DNA of 64,000 nucleotides from Candidatus Dojkabacteria bacterium (GTDB lineage Bacteria; Patescibacteriota; Dojkabacteria; SC72): NCBI GenBank assembly GCA_035271645.1, contig DATERJ010000018.1, positions 17,399 to 81,398 of the forward strand, read 5' to 3'. Shown piece by piece: positions 48,049 to 57,531 of this stretch (position 1 is its first letter; each line of letters starts with the position of its first letter). The notes under the pieces were generated by a model. It saw only the letters and a program-made list of their open reading frames with translations, ran no database searches and was not told where the DNA came from. The position numbers and the translations under genes were made by a program.

Positions 48049-49476
48049 TTAATATGACCTTGCAAACAATGCAAGTTTAGCATCATCTTCACCAGTATAG
48101 AAACATTTACCTTTCTCATCCTCATGTTCAAATGGGAAGCATCTTACCGTTGCCATTGTCTCTTCCTTAAGCTTAGCCTCATCATCACTATCACCTGCCC
48201 AATATCCCAGAACAAACTTACTCTCTTCAATTGCTTTCTTAAACTCATCATATGTCTCTACTCTTACAGTATTCTCTTCCATTCTCTTCTTTGCAATATC
48301 AAAGAGATTCTGCTGAATATCTTCTAATAATCTCTTAATCTCTTTTGTAAGATCTTCCATCTTTACAGTAACCTTCTCACCTGTATCTCTTCTTGCAAGA
48401 ACAACATGACCTTCCTTAATATCTCTAGGACCAATCTCTAATCTCAAAGGTGCACCCTTCTTCTCCCATTTGTAGAATTTTTCACCTACCCTTAAATCAG
48501 TATCATCAACCTTAACTCTAAAATCTTTCTCAAGAGTCTCTTGAAGTTTCTCAACCTCTTTATCTACCATCTCCCTATCTTCAGGTTTTGGCCAGACAGG
48601 AATAATTACCACTTCATATGGTGCTACATTTGGAGGAACAACAAGACCACTATCATCACTATGAACCATAATTAAACCACCTAAAGTTCTTGTACTCATT
48701 CCCCAACTTGTTTGGTAACAATACTTAATATCACCATTCTCATCAACAAACTTAATATTAAATGCCTTTGCAAATTTATCTCCTAAATTATGTGAAGTTG
48801 CAAATTGGAGTGCCTTACCATCCTGCATCATAGCTTCTGTAGTATATGTAATATCTGCACCTGCAAATCTTTCAGAATCTGTCTTCTTACCAACAAACAC
48901 AGGTATTGCTAAAAACTCTTCTGCAAATTTTTTGTATTCAAACAACATCTGTTGTGCTCTTTCATCTGCTTCTTCTGGTGTAGCATGTGCTGTATGACCT
49001 TCTTGCCAAAGAAATTCTGTACTTCTTAGAAGTAATCTTGGTCTAAGTTCCCATCTAACAACATTTGCCCATTGATTAATTAGTATTGGTAAATCCTTGT
49101 ATGACTCTACCCACCTTGAATATGCATCATATATTATTGTTTCTGATGTTGGTCTAATTACAAAAGGTTCTTTCAACTCTTCTCCTCCAGCATGAGTTAC
49201 AGCTACAACTTCTGGGGAGAATCCTTCTACATGTTTTGCTTCTCTGTGTAAAAATTCATTAGGTATGAAAAGAGGAAAGGAAGCATTCTCTACACCTGTT
49301 GCTTTTATTCTTCTATCAAACTCCTTTTTAATATTTTCCCAAATTGCATACCCATATGGTTTGATAATCATTGTACCTCTAACAGGACCATGTTCAACAA
49401 AGTCAGAAACTTTAATTACATCCAAATACCATTGTGAGAAATCTTCTTCTCTACTAGTTATCTTTTTCTCGTCCAT
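48049..49476 (-). CDS. proS: Prolyl-tRNA synthetase, archaeal/eukaryotic-type (class II, no editing insertion).
   Basis: FSQWYLDVIKVSDFVEHGPVRGTMIIKPYGYAIWE, class II motifs, C-terminal Zn-binding-type extension. 475 aa is typical of the archaeal-type enzyme. Confidence 0.9.
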   Translation of the reverse strand: MDEKKITSREEDFSQWYLDVIKVSDFVEHGPVRGTMIIKPYGYAIWENIKKEFDRRIKATGVENASFPLFIPNEFLHREAKHVEGFSPEVVAVTHAGGEELKEPFVIRPTSETIIYDAYSRWVESYKDLPILINQWANVVRWELRPRLLLRSTEFLWQEGHTAHATPEEADERAQQMLFEYKKFAEEFLAIPVFVGKKTDSERFAGADITYTTEAMMQDGKALQFATSHNLGDKFAKAFNIKFVDENGDIKYCYQTSWGMSTRTLGGLIMVHSDDSGLVVPPNVAPYEVVIIPVWPKPEDREMVDKEVEKLQETLEKDFRVKVDDTDLRVGEKFYKWEKKGAPLRLEIGPRDIKEGHVVLARRDTGEKVTVKMEDLTKEIKRLLEDIQQNLFDIAKKRMEENTVRVETYDEFKKAIEESKFVLGYWAGDSDDEAKLKEETMATVRCFPFEHEDEKGKCFYTGEDDAKLALFARSY

Positions 49477-49509
49477 ATTAGGGTTGAATAATTTAATAAT
49501 TGATTCTAA

Positions 49510-49962
49510 TTGAAAGGAAGGGATAAAGCAATGATTGGAGAGAGAGTTAATCGATACTTCATATCTATACTGTACCCTTTATATATGCCTACCCCAAAAA
49601 CATCAAAACTTCCAATTTACAAAAAGATTGGTCTAACAAGGAAGAACTACTACAGTTATGATATTGTTAAACCAGAAGAAAGAGACTTTATCAAAAGATT
49701 TATAAGAAAGGGAGAGGAAATTAAATGGATAGAAAGAAATCGCAAAGTGAATCCTAATGAAGTTGGATATCTACCAACAAATGATTTTGTATGGAAAGGT
49801 AAAGAATGGGAGTTGAAGAGTAAAACTCAAGGAAAAATCAAAGAAAGAACAATTATTAGAAGAATAAACGAGTCTGTTGATAAAGGTAAAAGAAATATAT
49901 TTTTAGACTTAGGAAATCGAAAAGCTTCAAGTAAACTTATTGAAAGATTAGAAAAAATATAA
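49510..49962 (+). CDS. Small basic protein with a PD-(D/E)xK-like motif; paralog of 22374..22862.
   Basis: LPTNDFVWKGKEWELKSKTQGK...GKRNIFLDLG aligns with MPDAIWSGIKLEIKEASGKS...GERGIIFLDIS. Confidence 0.35.
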   Translation: MKGRDKAMIGERVNRYFISILYPLYMPTPKTSKLPIYKKIGLTRKNYYSYDIVKPEERDFIKRFIRKGEEIKWIERNRKVNPNEVGYLPTNDFVWKGKEWELKSKTQGKIKERTIIRRINESVDKGKRNIFLDLGNRKASSKLIERLEKI

Positions 49963-50213
49963 TGTGTCTCGTATGAAGACTATTGATAAAAGAAGATATG
50001 TTAAGAATATTGTAGTTTGGGATAAAACAGGCATCTTTAAAATAGATCTTGAAAGATAAACAGGGCGATTACCTCCGCATTGTGTATATTATTTCAATAC
50101 GGCAGAGGGTCTACCCTGTCTATTAGTGTAATTATACAAAACCTATTATGTCACATCAAATTAAAAAATATATGTATTCACTTTTACATACCAATATCTG
50201 ATACAATATTTAT

Positions 50214-50573
50214 ATGGAGAAAAATACAAAGAAAAATATTATCATTATTCTAATACTTCTTTTCATAATATCTCTAAGCCTAAGCATTTACTTTCTAAGA
50301 AGAAAGGATGATTCTTCAATAACATATTCTGAAGACTGTGTATTACAACACATGTGTCATATTAAAGATGCTATAAGATGTGGACCACCTAAGAAACTCG
50401 ACCCTGGGAGTTACCTTTGCACTGCTCAATACTTCCCAGAAGATATTTGTATGAATAGTATTAAATGCGGAATAAAAGATGGAAAATGTCAACAAGTGGA
50501 AAAATGGAGAGTAAAAGACTGTATTAGATGTGCTAAAAAAAGTGGAACTAACAATGAACATTGTATTAAGTAA
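50214..50573 (+). CDS. Small secreted Cys-rich protein.
   Basis: N-terminal TM/signal IIIILILLFIISLSLSIYF; 10 Cys in a ~85-aa mature region. Confidence 0.4.
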   Translation: MEKNTKKNIIIILILLFIISLSLSIYFLRRKDDSSITYSEDCVLQHMCHIKDAIRCGPPKKLDPGSYLCTAQYFPEDICMNSIKCGIKDGKCQQVEKWRVKDCIRCAKKSGTNNEHCIK

Positions 50574-51116
50574 TTAAGAACTAGAATTCTTACTTCGAAT
50601 CTCCTCAACTAATTTCTTCTGCTCTTCATCTGTCATTAACTTTATACCTAACTCCTTTGCTACATCCTCAATCTTTCTCTCTGCTTCTGCTCTCTCATCT
50701 TCACTGTCTATAAGGATTTCCATCTCTATGTGATAACTCCAATCCTTACTATACTTAACAGCAAATTCTATACCTTTGTATATAAAATTATGTCTTTTTT
50801 GATAAGAATCAATTCTCTCTGTAAAACCAAGATGTTTAAAAACCTCCTTTGCAGTCTCAACAGATTCAATTGGTATTTCATATTCAAACTCTTCCTGTCC
50901 AGAACCATCTCCTACCTCCTGAAGTTTTAAACTAATCTTCGCACTATTCTTACTAATGTTTTTGACTACTTTAAGAAGTTTCTTATCTAAAATATAAAAG
51001 CTTGAATCCTTATCATCTTCTCCAAGATCCTCTCCATTCTCTAAAAGAAAATTCATAATACGATTATAATCTTCTTCTGAACATATACTTCTATACTCTA
51101 CCTCTATTTTTGCCAT
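50574..51116 (-). CDS. CYTH-like domain protein (triphosphate tunnel metalloenzyme / class IV adenylyl cyclase-like).
   Basis: N-terminal KIEVEYR (ExExK-like) and later acidic E.E.E clusters (EEFEYEI, HIEMEIL). The ~180-aa size fits CYTH. Confidence 0.4.
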   Translation of the reverse strand: MAKIEVEYRSICSEEDYNRIMNFLLENGEDLGEDDKDSSFYILDKKLLKVVKNISKNSAKISLKLQEVGDGSGQEEFEYEIPIESVETAKEVFKHLGFTERIDSYQKRHNFIYKGIEFAVKYSKDWSYHIEMEILIDSEDERAEAERKIEDVAKELGIKLMTDEEQKKLVEEIRSKNSSS

Positions 51117-51222
51117 AGTTGTAAAAAATAAAATTATCTATTCTTTTCCCAATTCTAACACAGATATCTTTAAGCTAAAATTATAAAACATTAAATTCTT
51201 CATATGCATTAAAATCCTCAAT

Positions 51223-51714
51223 ATGCTACAATATAGTATGGTAACAATATATTTCTATGATACTAAGGTTGGAAAGATTGGAATTGCTGAAAAGAATGAG
51301 AAAGTCATAGCAGTTGTATTTGATGGTGAAAGATATGACCCATCATGGACAGAAAAAGATACCCCTCTTAAAAAGAAAACAATCAAACAGATTAATGAAT
51401 ATTTAGATGGTAAAAGAAAAACCTTTGATATTGACATATACTACACTACTGCATCTTCTTTCTTCTCAAGGATAATGAAGATATTAAAAAAGATTCCATA
51501 TGGAGAAACAATTACATACAAAGATATTGCTAAGAAGGTAAACAATCCAAAAGCATACAGAGCAGTAGGTATGGTATGTAACAGGAATCCATTACCAATC
51601 CTAATTCCATGTCACAGGGTAGTAGCAACAACAGGAGCAATGATAGGATACAGAGGTGGAGTGGAATTAAAGAAGAAATTGATAGATTTAGAGAAGGGAA
51701 TTAAACTAGAGTAA
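51223..51714 (+). CDS. ogt: Methylated-DNA--protein-cysteine methyltransferase.
   Basis: Active-site PCHRVV (LPILIPCHRVVA) and the helix-turn-helix GETITYKDIAKKV. Confidence 0.8.
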   Translation: MLQYSMVTIYFYDTKVGKIGIAEKNEKVIAVVFDGERYDPSWTEKDTPLKKKTIKQINEYLDGKRKTFDIDIYYTTASSFFSRIMKILKKIPYGETITYKDIAKKVNNPKAYRAVGMVCNRNPLPILIPCHRVVATTGAMIGYRGGVELKKKLIDLEKGIKLE

Positions 51715-51758
51715 TTGTATCTCTTTCATACAATATATTTTACATATATAATGAATGT

Positions 51759-52280
51759 ATGATACTAACTGCCAAAGAGATATCCAAAGAGGTTAAAAAA
51801 GGAAATATTACCATAGATCCATTTGATGAGAAATGCTTGAAACCTAACAGCTATATATATCACCTCTCTCCTAACCTAATACAAGTTCTTGATGTTGGAG
51901 ATAAAAGGAAGAAAGCTAAGACAAAAGAACTATTGATTAAAGAGAGAGGCCTAATACTTGAACCAAACAAACTCTATCTTGGTACAACCGTTGAGGAGAT
52001 TGGGAGCAAGAAGTTTGTAACATCTCTCATTGGAAGAAACAGTATTGCTAAATTAGGTATGTTTCTTCAAATTACAGCAGACTTAGGACAACTAGGTAAA
52101 GCTCACAGATGGACATTGGAGATAAAGGTAGTGCAAAGATTAAGAATATATCCTAATATGGAGATAGGACAGGTGACATTCTGGGTACCAAAAGGAGATA
52201 TTGATATACAAGGAACAGAGTTCTATGCTAAACAGAATGAACCATATCCTAGTCAGTTATATAACGAGAAAGGAAAATGA
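51759..52280 (+). CDS. dcd: dCTP deaminase (Dcd / dUTPase superfamily).
   Basis: MILTAKEI...ITIDPF, GRNSIAKLGMFL and the catalytic Glu in WTLEIKVV (equivalent to E. coli VLEF), followed by IYPNMEIGQVTFW. Confidence 0.8.
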   Translation: MILTAKEISKEVKKGNITIDPFDEKCLKPNSYIYHLSPNLIQVLDVGDKRKKAKTKELLIKERGLILEPNKLYLGTTVEEIGSKKFVTSLIGRNSIAKLGMFLQITADLGQLGKAHRWTLEIKVVQRLRIYPNMEIGQVTFWVPKGDIDIQGTEFYAKQNEPYPSQLYNEKGK

Positions 52281-52717
52281 TATTAACAGGTAAAGAGATA
52301 CAAAAGGAGGTTGAGAAAGGAAGAATCATTATAGATCCTTTTAACATTGAGGATGTTGAAACTAATTCATATGATTTTCATATTGATAGTACCCTCTATA
52401 CATACAAAAAAGATATACTAGACCCTACAGAAGAGAATCCACTTGAGGAGATAAAGATACCTGCTAGTGGACTAATACTAAGTCCTAAGAAGATATATAT
52501 TGGTAAAACTAAGGAGGTTATCGGTAGTGATTATTTTGTTCCCATTATTAAAGGTAGGTCATCTACTGGTAGACTTGGTATTTTTGTAAATATTACTGCA
52601 GATTTAATAGATTTAGGTTCTATACAGAGACCTACTCTAACAATTCATGTTGTTACACCTGTTAAGATATATCCTAATACGAAGATAGGACAGGTAACTT
52701 TTTGGGTTGCTAAGTAA
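52277..52717 (+). CDS. dCTP deaminase-like tandem paralog lacking the catalytic Glu.
   Basis: MILTGKEI...IIIDPF, GRSSTGRLGIFV and KIYPNTKIGQVTFW are conserved, but the catalytic position reads PTLTIHVV (Glu replaced by Thr). Overlaps the upstream dcd by 4 nt. Confidence 0.6.
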   Translation: MILTGKEIQKEVEKGRIIIDPFNIEDVETNSYDFHIDSTLYTYKKDILDPTEENPLEEIKIPASGLILSPKKIYIGKTKEVIGSDYFVPIIKGRSSTGRLGIFVNITADLIDLGSIQRPTLTIHVVTPVKIYPNTKIGQVTFWVAK

Positions 52718-52797
52718 AGAAAAAAACCCTACTCAAACTAAAAAATAACAATATACGAAATATCGTATAAGTATTTCCTAATTCTTTCGGGTTTAGA

Positions 52798-53154
52798 TCA
52801 TAGGATATTGACACGCAATGCGTAGTCATTTAATCCCAATTGAGTCCAAATACCACAGACTCGTTTTGGATTGGAGAGGAGAGATTTTGGATCACCTTCA
52901 TAGAGAAGAACCGAAATACTATTACCAAGATTATCCGTTAAACGATATCTATCAACAGTATAGGTGGTTCCTGTTCCTGCATACTCATGAACCAAATCAA
53001 TTGATTCCGTTGTTTCAAAATCAATCTTTTCTCCTCGGACACATATTCTCCTGTTTGCATATACATCAGGGTTCTCTTTCAACTGATGAACCGTAAGTCT
53101 CTTAGCACAACAAAAGAACAAACCATAAAACAAGTTACATAAAAAATCTCCCAT
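52798..53154 (-). CDS. Hypothetical protein.
   Basis: ORF only. Confidence 0.3.
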   Translation of the reverse strand: MGDFLCNLFYGLFFCCAKRLTVHQLKENPDVYANRRICVRGEKIDFETTESIDLVHEYAGTGTTYTVDRYRLTDNLGNSISVLLYEGDPKSLLSNPKRVCGIWTQLGLNDYALRVNIL

Positions 53155-53339
53155 CTAGACATCTCCTTTCCTTTCACTATAAAGAACTTTTGTAGGACTA
53201 ATCTGTCCATACATCTATTTATATTATACCATGAAAACTATGAGTCCTACAAATAGATTAACATTGGTTCAACACAAAAATAGTAAAGGTAACTTTCTTA
53301 GTTACTAAGTAAATCCTTTTATATATAACTCTCTAAGCC

Positions 53340-54341
53340 TTATTTATGTGGACATGGTGGATATCCAGTAATAACTCCAATACCTATCTGCTTATTAGTA
53401 TGTTGGTTTTGTACTTTTATTCTTGTACCTGGTTCATACAAAGCAGGACCTCCAAGCATTATAAACTTTCTCATCTCTATATCTGCAACTTCTCCAGGAT
53501 TAATAGGTTTGGATATTACAGGTGTACCATTTCCTACTATAAATGCTCTACCAGAAGGGTTTTCGGGTATGAAGCTAAGAATATAACCTTGGTTGTTTAC
53601 AACAGATTGTTCTTCCGTGTTTCCTTCTTCCTTAGTAAATACATATACTTTAAGTTTTACTTTAGTAGCTAATTGCATATCTGTACCAAAGGTTGCTCGT
53701 TTGTAGAAATAATCATTATCCATAGCAATACCAACTGACTCTGATACAGTTGCAGAATTTACTAGCTTTCCTGCCTTCATCATTTTAGTTATCTTTGTTG
53801 AAACATCAGGTACTATTCCACAAATACCTGTTTGTTTAAGAGTATCTCCAACTTTAAGAGTTCCCCTTCTTACTGTTACTGTTAAGTATTTTGTACCATT
53901 AATAGTTGTTGTCTCCTTTGAATCTATAATTACACTTGTTGCATCAGGAGTCCATAAACTCTCAACTCGTTCTCGTGGAGGAAGTATCTTTGGTATTGGT
54001 TTAGGACTTATATAACGAGGTGTCGGAATTTCTGATGAAGGTGTGGAAGATTCAGGTGTAGTTGTTTCAGGTGTAGTTGATTTACTTGATTCAGATGATG
54101 GCTTATCTACATCCTCTACCATTTCCTCCTCCCTTATTACCAACTCCTCTTCTTCCTGTAACTCTGCAACTATCTTCTTACTCCTTCTTTCCTGATTTAC
54201 ATCAGTACCCTTGTTCTTCTTTGCATAGAGAATTAACACCATCTCTAAGCATAGAATGAGGAAAAGAATAACAGAGACTGCAAGCAGAGTCTTCTGCTTT
54301 TTAGTTAAAGAAAGTTTCTTTGTTTTACTTTCTTCTTTCAT
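53340..54341 (-). CDS. Membrane-anchored protein with a Ser/Thr/Pro-rich linker and a C-terminal globular domain.
   Basis: TM LLAVSVILFLILCLEMVLILY; linker SSESSKSTTPETTTPESSTPSSEIPTPR. Confidence 0.4.
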   Translation of the reverse strand: MKEESKTKKLSLTKKQKTLLAVSVILFLILCLEMVLILYAKKNKGTDVNQERRSKKIVAELQEEEELVIREEEMVEDVDKPSSESSKSTTPETTTPESSTPSSEIPTPRYISPKPIPKILPPRERVESLWTPDATSVIIDSKETTTINGTKYLTVTVRRGTLKVGDTLKQTGICGIVPDVSTKITKMMKAGKLVNSATVSESVGIAMDNDYFYKRATFGTDMQLATKVKLKVYVFTKEEGNTEEQSVVNNQGYILSFIPENPSGRAFIVGNGTPVISKPINPGEVADIEMRKFIMLGGPALYEPGTRIKVQNQHTNKQIGIGVITGYPPCPHK

Positions 54342-54502
54342 AATTATTTTTGTAAAAAGTTATATACATAACCTTCACTACTAATTAAATATATCAATTT
54401 CTATGGATATAGACAACTATTAGGGTAACTTCTTCATTTAGAATCCCAAACTTACTACTTACTTAGTATTATGGTAAAACAAGGATTATATAATAGTTTT
54501 TA

Positions 54503-54991
54503 CTACTCCTCTGTCCAAACCACTTTTCCACCCAATCTTAAAAAATGTTCAAATCTTACAGATATCTTATCTACAGGAACAACTGGTTCTCTGTTTTTAT
54601 ATTGCCAAGACCCACCTCCTTGCGTTATAAAACCATCAGGAGGAATTATATACAATGTTCCTACATTATCCTTCATATATTCTTTCCACCTTAAAGGTAC
54701 TTCTGCTAACAAATAACTACCTTTACCTCTAACTATTATATTTCCTTTTAGAATCTCTTTAGGTATTTTTTCTCTACTTATTAAAGCAAAGATACAAGTC
54801 TAAGGGTTTGAACTTGCAAATACAGCTGTATCATTATTAAAAGTATTTGAAGAATCAGCATCGTAGGCTCTTTGTGGTTCTAATCTTTCGATATTATCCA
54901 TACGAGAACCATGGAATAGGTATCCTTTCTCTTGATACTCTAATATCCTTGTTAAATCGTCTTCTAATGTATCTACTTTCTCCAATTCCAT
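54503..54991 (-). pseudogene. ADP-ribosyltransferase-fold gene (DarT/DUF4433- or PARP/Tpt1-like) interrupted by one in-frame TAG.
   Basis: ORFs 54800..54991 and 54503..54712 share a frame. The sequence reads ...YLFHGSRMDNIERL...DTAVFASSNP-TAG-TCIFALIS...LLAEVPLRW... The H-G-S NAD-binding motif and YHFTHIDNL-like context resemble DarT; FASS/F.A and AEVPL resemble the ART loops. Confidence 0.4.
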
Positions 54992-55288
54992 AATGTATTA
55001 TACTACTTCTTATCTATTCATAGCTCATATCTTAACATAACCCTAGAGAATATAAAATTATTAACTATGTTTGAACCTTCAATATTTTTATGCAATACTC
55101 TGATATGACTAAAGAACAAAAGAAAACAATTAAAGATTGGAAAAAGTTAATACTTCCTGAAACCCCTAAAACTTCTAAAATAGACGCCCAAAAAATACTT
55201 CTACAAATGAGATATGGAGATTCAAAATGTTCATAGTAGAAGATACTTTTTACTTTTGTTCACCCTATTCACAAATTCTTCAACCTCA

Positions 55289-56101
55289 CTATGTATCACT
55301 CCTGGTTCTAACTTCAGTCCTAGGTTGTTTATCGCTCCTACCTCTAATATCAATCTTAGGTGGTTTAATTTGAATCTTAGGTTTCTTTGGGTATCCTTCA
55401 AAACGAAGTCCTTTACCTGCAAGAAAATTTTTCATAGAAGCAATTTGTTCTCTTGGATAATCTGTAGAAGTATTACCCCATGCTTTTAGGAAATAGTTTG
55501 AAGACCATCTATCTTTTTTTGCACCAGGAGTAAGACCTATTTCATATGTAGCATCTAATTTATACCAAACACCTCCTATATTCACCCTATTAAAAGCATG
55601 TGGTGGTCTTTCTTGTGACCGTATTTCAGCATTTACTTTCATAGATTTACACAGTAGATAAACAGCTTCGCTTATTCCTCTACATACAGATGACTGTGTT
55701 ACTAATGCAGAATATGATGAAGCAGTTGAATGTCCACGACTTAGCACGTCAAAAGGAGAAACATGACCCGTCCTAGTAAGTTCGACATCAGCATAGCTTA
55801 CTGTACTAAGAATATGATTGTATATATACATTACTTTTGCTAGTTCTAACTTGTCCACAGGGAAAATGCTCCCCCTTATTAAATCGTTAAAACCTCCACG
55901 AACTTCTTCTATCTTTTCTCTCAAGTTAGTCATCTGTCTTCTATTAAGATATGTATTCGCTGAAGTCTCACTATCATCAGGTACTCCTGTGAAGATATCT
56001 ATACCAGGTTCCATCTCCCCAAGAATAGCATCCTCAACTGTCTGTGCAGGTCTCCGAGTTATATATCCTTCTGAACTCTCTCCTTCTGGCATAAAATACA
56101 A
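55289..56101 (-). CDS. Transglutaminase-like cysteine-protease-superfamily protein.
   Basis: Core Cys...His...Asp: SVCRGISEAVYLLCKS ... PPHAFNRVNIGGVWYKLDATYE. Confidence 0.5.
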   Translation of the reverse strand: MYFMPEGESSEGYITRRPAQTVEDAILGEMEPGIDIFTGVPDDSETSANTYLNRRQMTNLREKIEEVRGGFNDLIRGSIFPVDKLELAKVMYIYNHILSTVSYADVELTRTGHVSPFDVLSRGHSTASSYSALVTQSSVCRGISEAVYLLCKSMKVNAEIRSQERPPHAFNRVNIGGVWYKLDATYEIGLTPGAKKDRWSSNYFLKAWGNTSTDYPREQIASMKNFLAGKGLRFEGYPKKPKIQIKPPKIDIRGRSDKQPRTEVRTRSDT

Positions 56102-56176
56102 AATATATTAATTTAACCGTATACTCGTATTTATCATAATTATATTATACACACAAAACTCTATTTTTATGAACTA

Positions 56177-56790
56177 CTACACCCTACTAACAAACATATT
56201 ATCTTTCAAATACCATCTCCAAGGTACATCTCTAAACTCTTCTGCATAATCAATACCTATTCTAGTTGTTTTAACAATATCTTTTTCCTTAACCTTAAAA
56301 CCATCATCTATTAAAAATAGTGCAGAATCATTACTACAAAAATCAATACCACTCAAAGATTTAGTAATATTCATAGCTTGTGTAAACTTACCAGGACCAT
56401 TTGTAAGAGACTTTAAATCTTCCATACCCCTTCTCTCTTTCATAATATCAATACCATACATTGGTTCTATTGCTCGTATTAAAATAGCACCAGGTATACC
56501 TTTTTTACCAACAACAATATTCAAAAGATGATGTGTATGAACAGTATAGATATATGCATGTCCACCTATTCCAAATTGAACTTCTGTTCTAGGTGTTCTT
56601 TTGTTAAGGTATGTATGCGATCCTTTATCTTCTCCCCCAGGATATGCCTCTACTTCTACAATCCTTCCTCCTGTAATAATATCCCCTTCTTGATGAATTA
56701 AAACTTTACCTAACAATTCTCTAAGTACAATAAATATATCTTGAAGATAGAAATCTCGTTGAAGAATATCTTTTTTAAAACTACCAACTT
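56177..56790 (-). CDS. DNA-3-methyladenine glycosylase, Mpg/AAG family.
   Basis: GGRIVEVEAYPGGEDKGSHTYLNKRTPRTEVQFGIGGHAYIYTVHTHHLLNIVV matches the AAG signature. The ORF track's 5' extension to 56911 overlaps the TPM gene and is probably an artefact, so the start is set near 56790. Confidence 0.7.
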
Positions 56791-57521
56791 CCACTAGCAC
56801 CACCTCCTCCAGAACTTCCACCTCCAAAACCACCTCCAGAGCTATCACTAGAACTATCACCTCCACCCCATCCACTAAACAAAGATGTAGACCTACTTCC
56901 TGTTCCAACACATCTTCTCTTGCAACTAGGATTTCTCCTGTTTAAGATCTTTACAATTATAACGATGAGGATAATAAGAAGGACTATGGAAAGTAAAGAA
57001 ATAGAGGAATTAGTAGATTCATCCTCGGGTACTTCAAATTCCCCCTTAGTTATTTCAATAATCTTGTCTACACTCTGGTCAATACCTTCATAATATCGAT
57101 TCTCCTTGAAATTAGGAACCATTACATTCTGAACTATCCAATTAGCTTCAACATCTGTAAGTGAACCTTCTAAACCATACCCTACCTCTATCCTCATCTG
57201 TCTGTCACTCATTGCCACAAGTATTAACACACCATTATCTTTTCTTTCTTTCCCTATCCCCCATTCCTCAAAAAGTTTGACTGCAAAATGCTCTATGTAG
57301 TCACCTTGAAGAGAATCAATAATGACAACCCCTATTTCATTCGTACTCTCCTGTTCAAATGCTGCAATTTTACTCTCTAAAGCACTCGCTTGTTCTTGTG
57401 TAAGAGTGTTAGTATAGTCATTAACATATCCATCTGGAGTACCTAAATCATAGTATGCAACAAGAGGTGTTGCAGACAACAAAAGAAGTATTAAAGATAT
57501 TACAATATTTTTAATTTTCAT
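56781..57521 (-). CDS. TPM-domain (YgcG-like) membrane protein with a Gly/Ser-rich C-terminus.
   Basis: Signal peptide, TPM core (NDYTNTLTQEQ...IGVVIIDSL...NGVLILVAMSDRQMRIEVGYGLEG), TM, and a G/S-rich tail. Confidence 0.75.
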   Translation of the reverse strand: MKIKNIVISLILLLLSATPLVAYYDLGTPDGYVNDYTNTLTQEQASALESKIAAFEQESTNEIGVVIIDSLQGDYIEHFAVKLFEEWGIGKERKDNGVLILVAMSDRQMRIEVGYGLEGSLTDVEANWIVQNVMVPNFKENRYYEGIDQSVDKIIEITKGEFEVPEDESTNSSISLLSIVLLIILIVIIVKILNRRNPSCKRRCVGTGSRSTSLFSGWGGGDSSSDSSGGGFGGGSSGGGGASGSW

Positions 57522-57531
57522 CTAAAAGATC

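Noticed and set aside
54992-55290. ORF 55214..55489 (+) and 55231..55422 (-) as possible small genes near the ART locus (for example a missing DarG-like antitoxin).
   Set aside because: They overlap the 3' end of the transglutaminase-like gene, have low-complexity sequences, and contain no macrodomain-like motif.
56790-56911. Long N-terminal extension of the Mpg glycosylase ORF (MLEQEVGLHLCLVDGVEVIVLVIALEVVLEVEV...).
   Set aside because: It overlaps the 3' end of the TPM gene and is the reverse-frame image of that gene's Gly/Ser-rich tail. The true start is probably an internal GTG/ATG near 56790.
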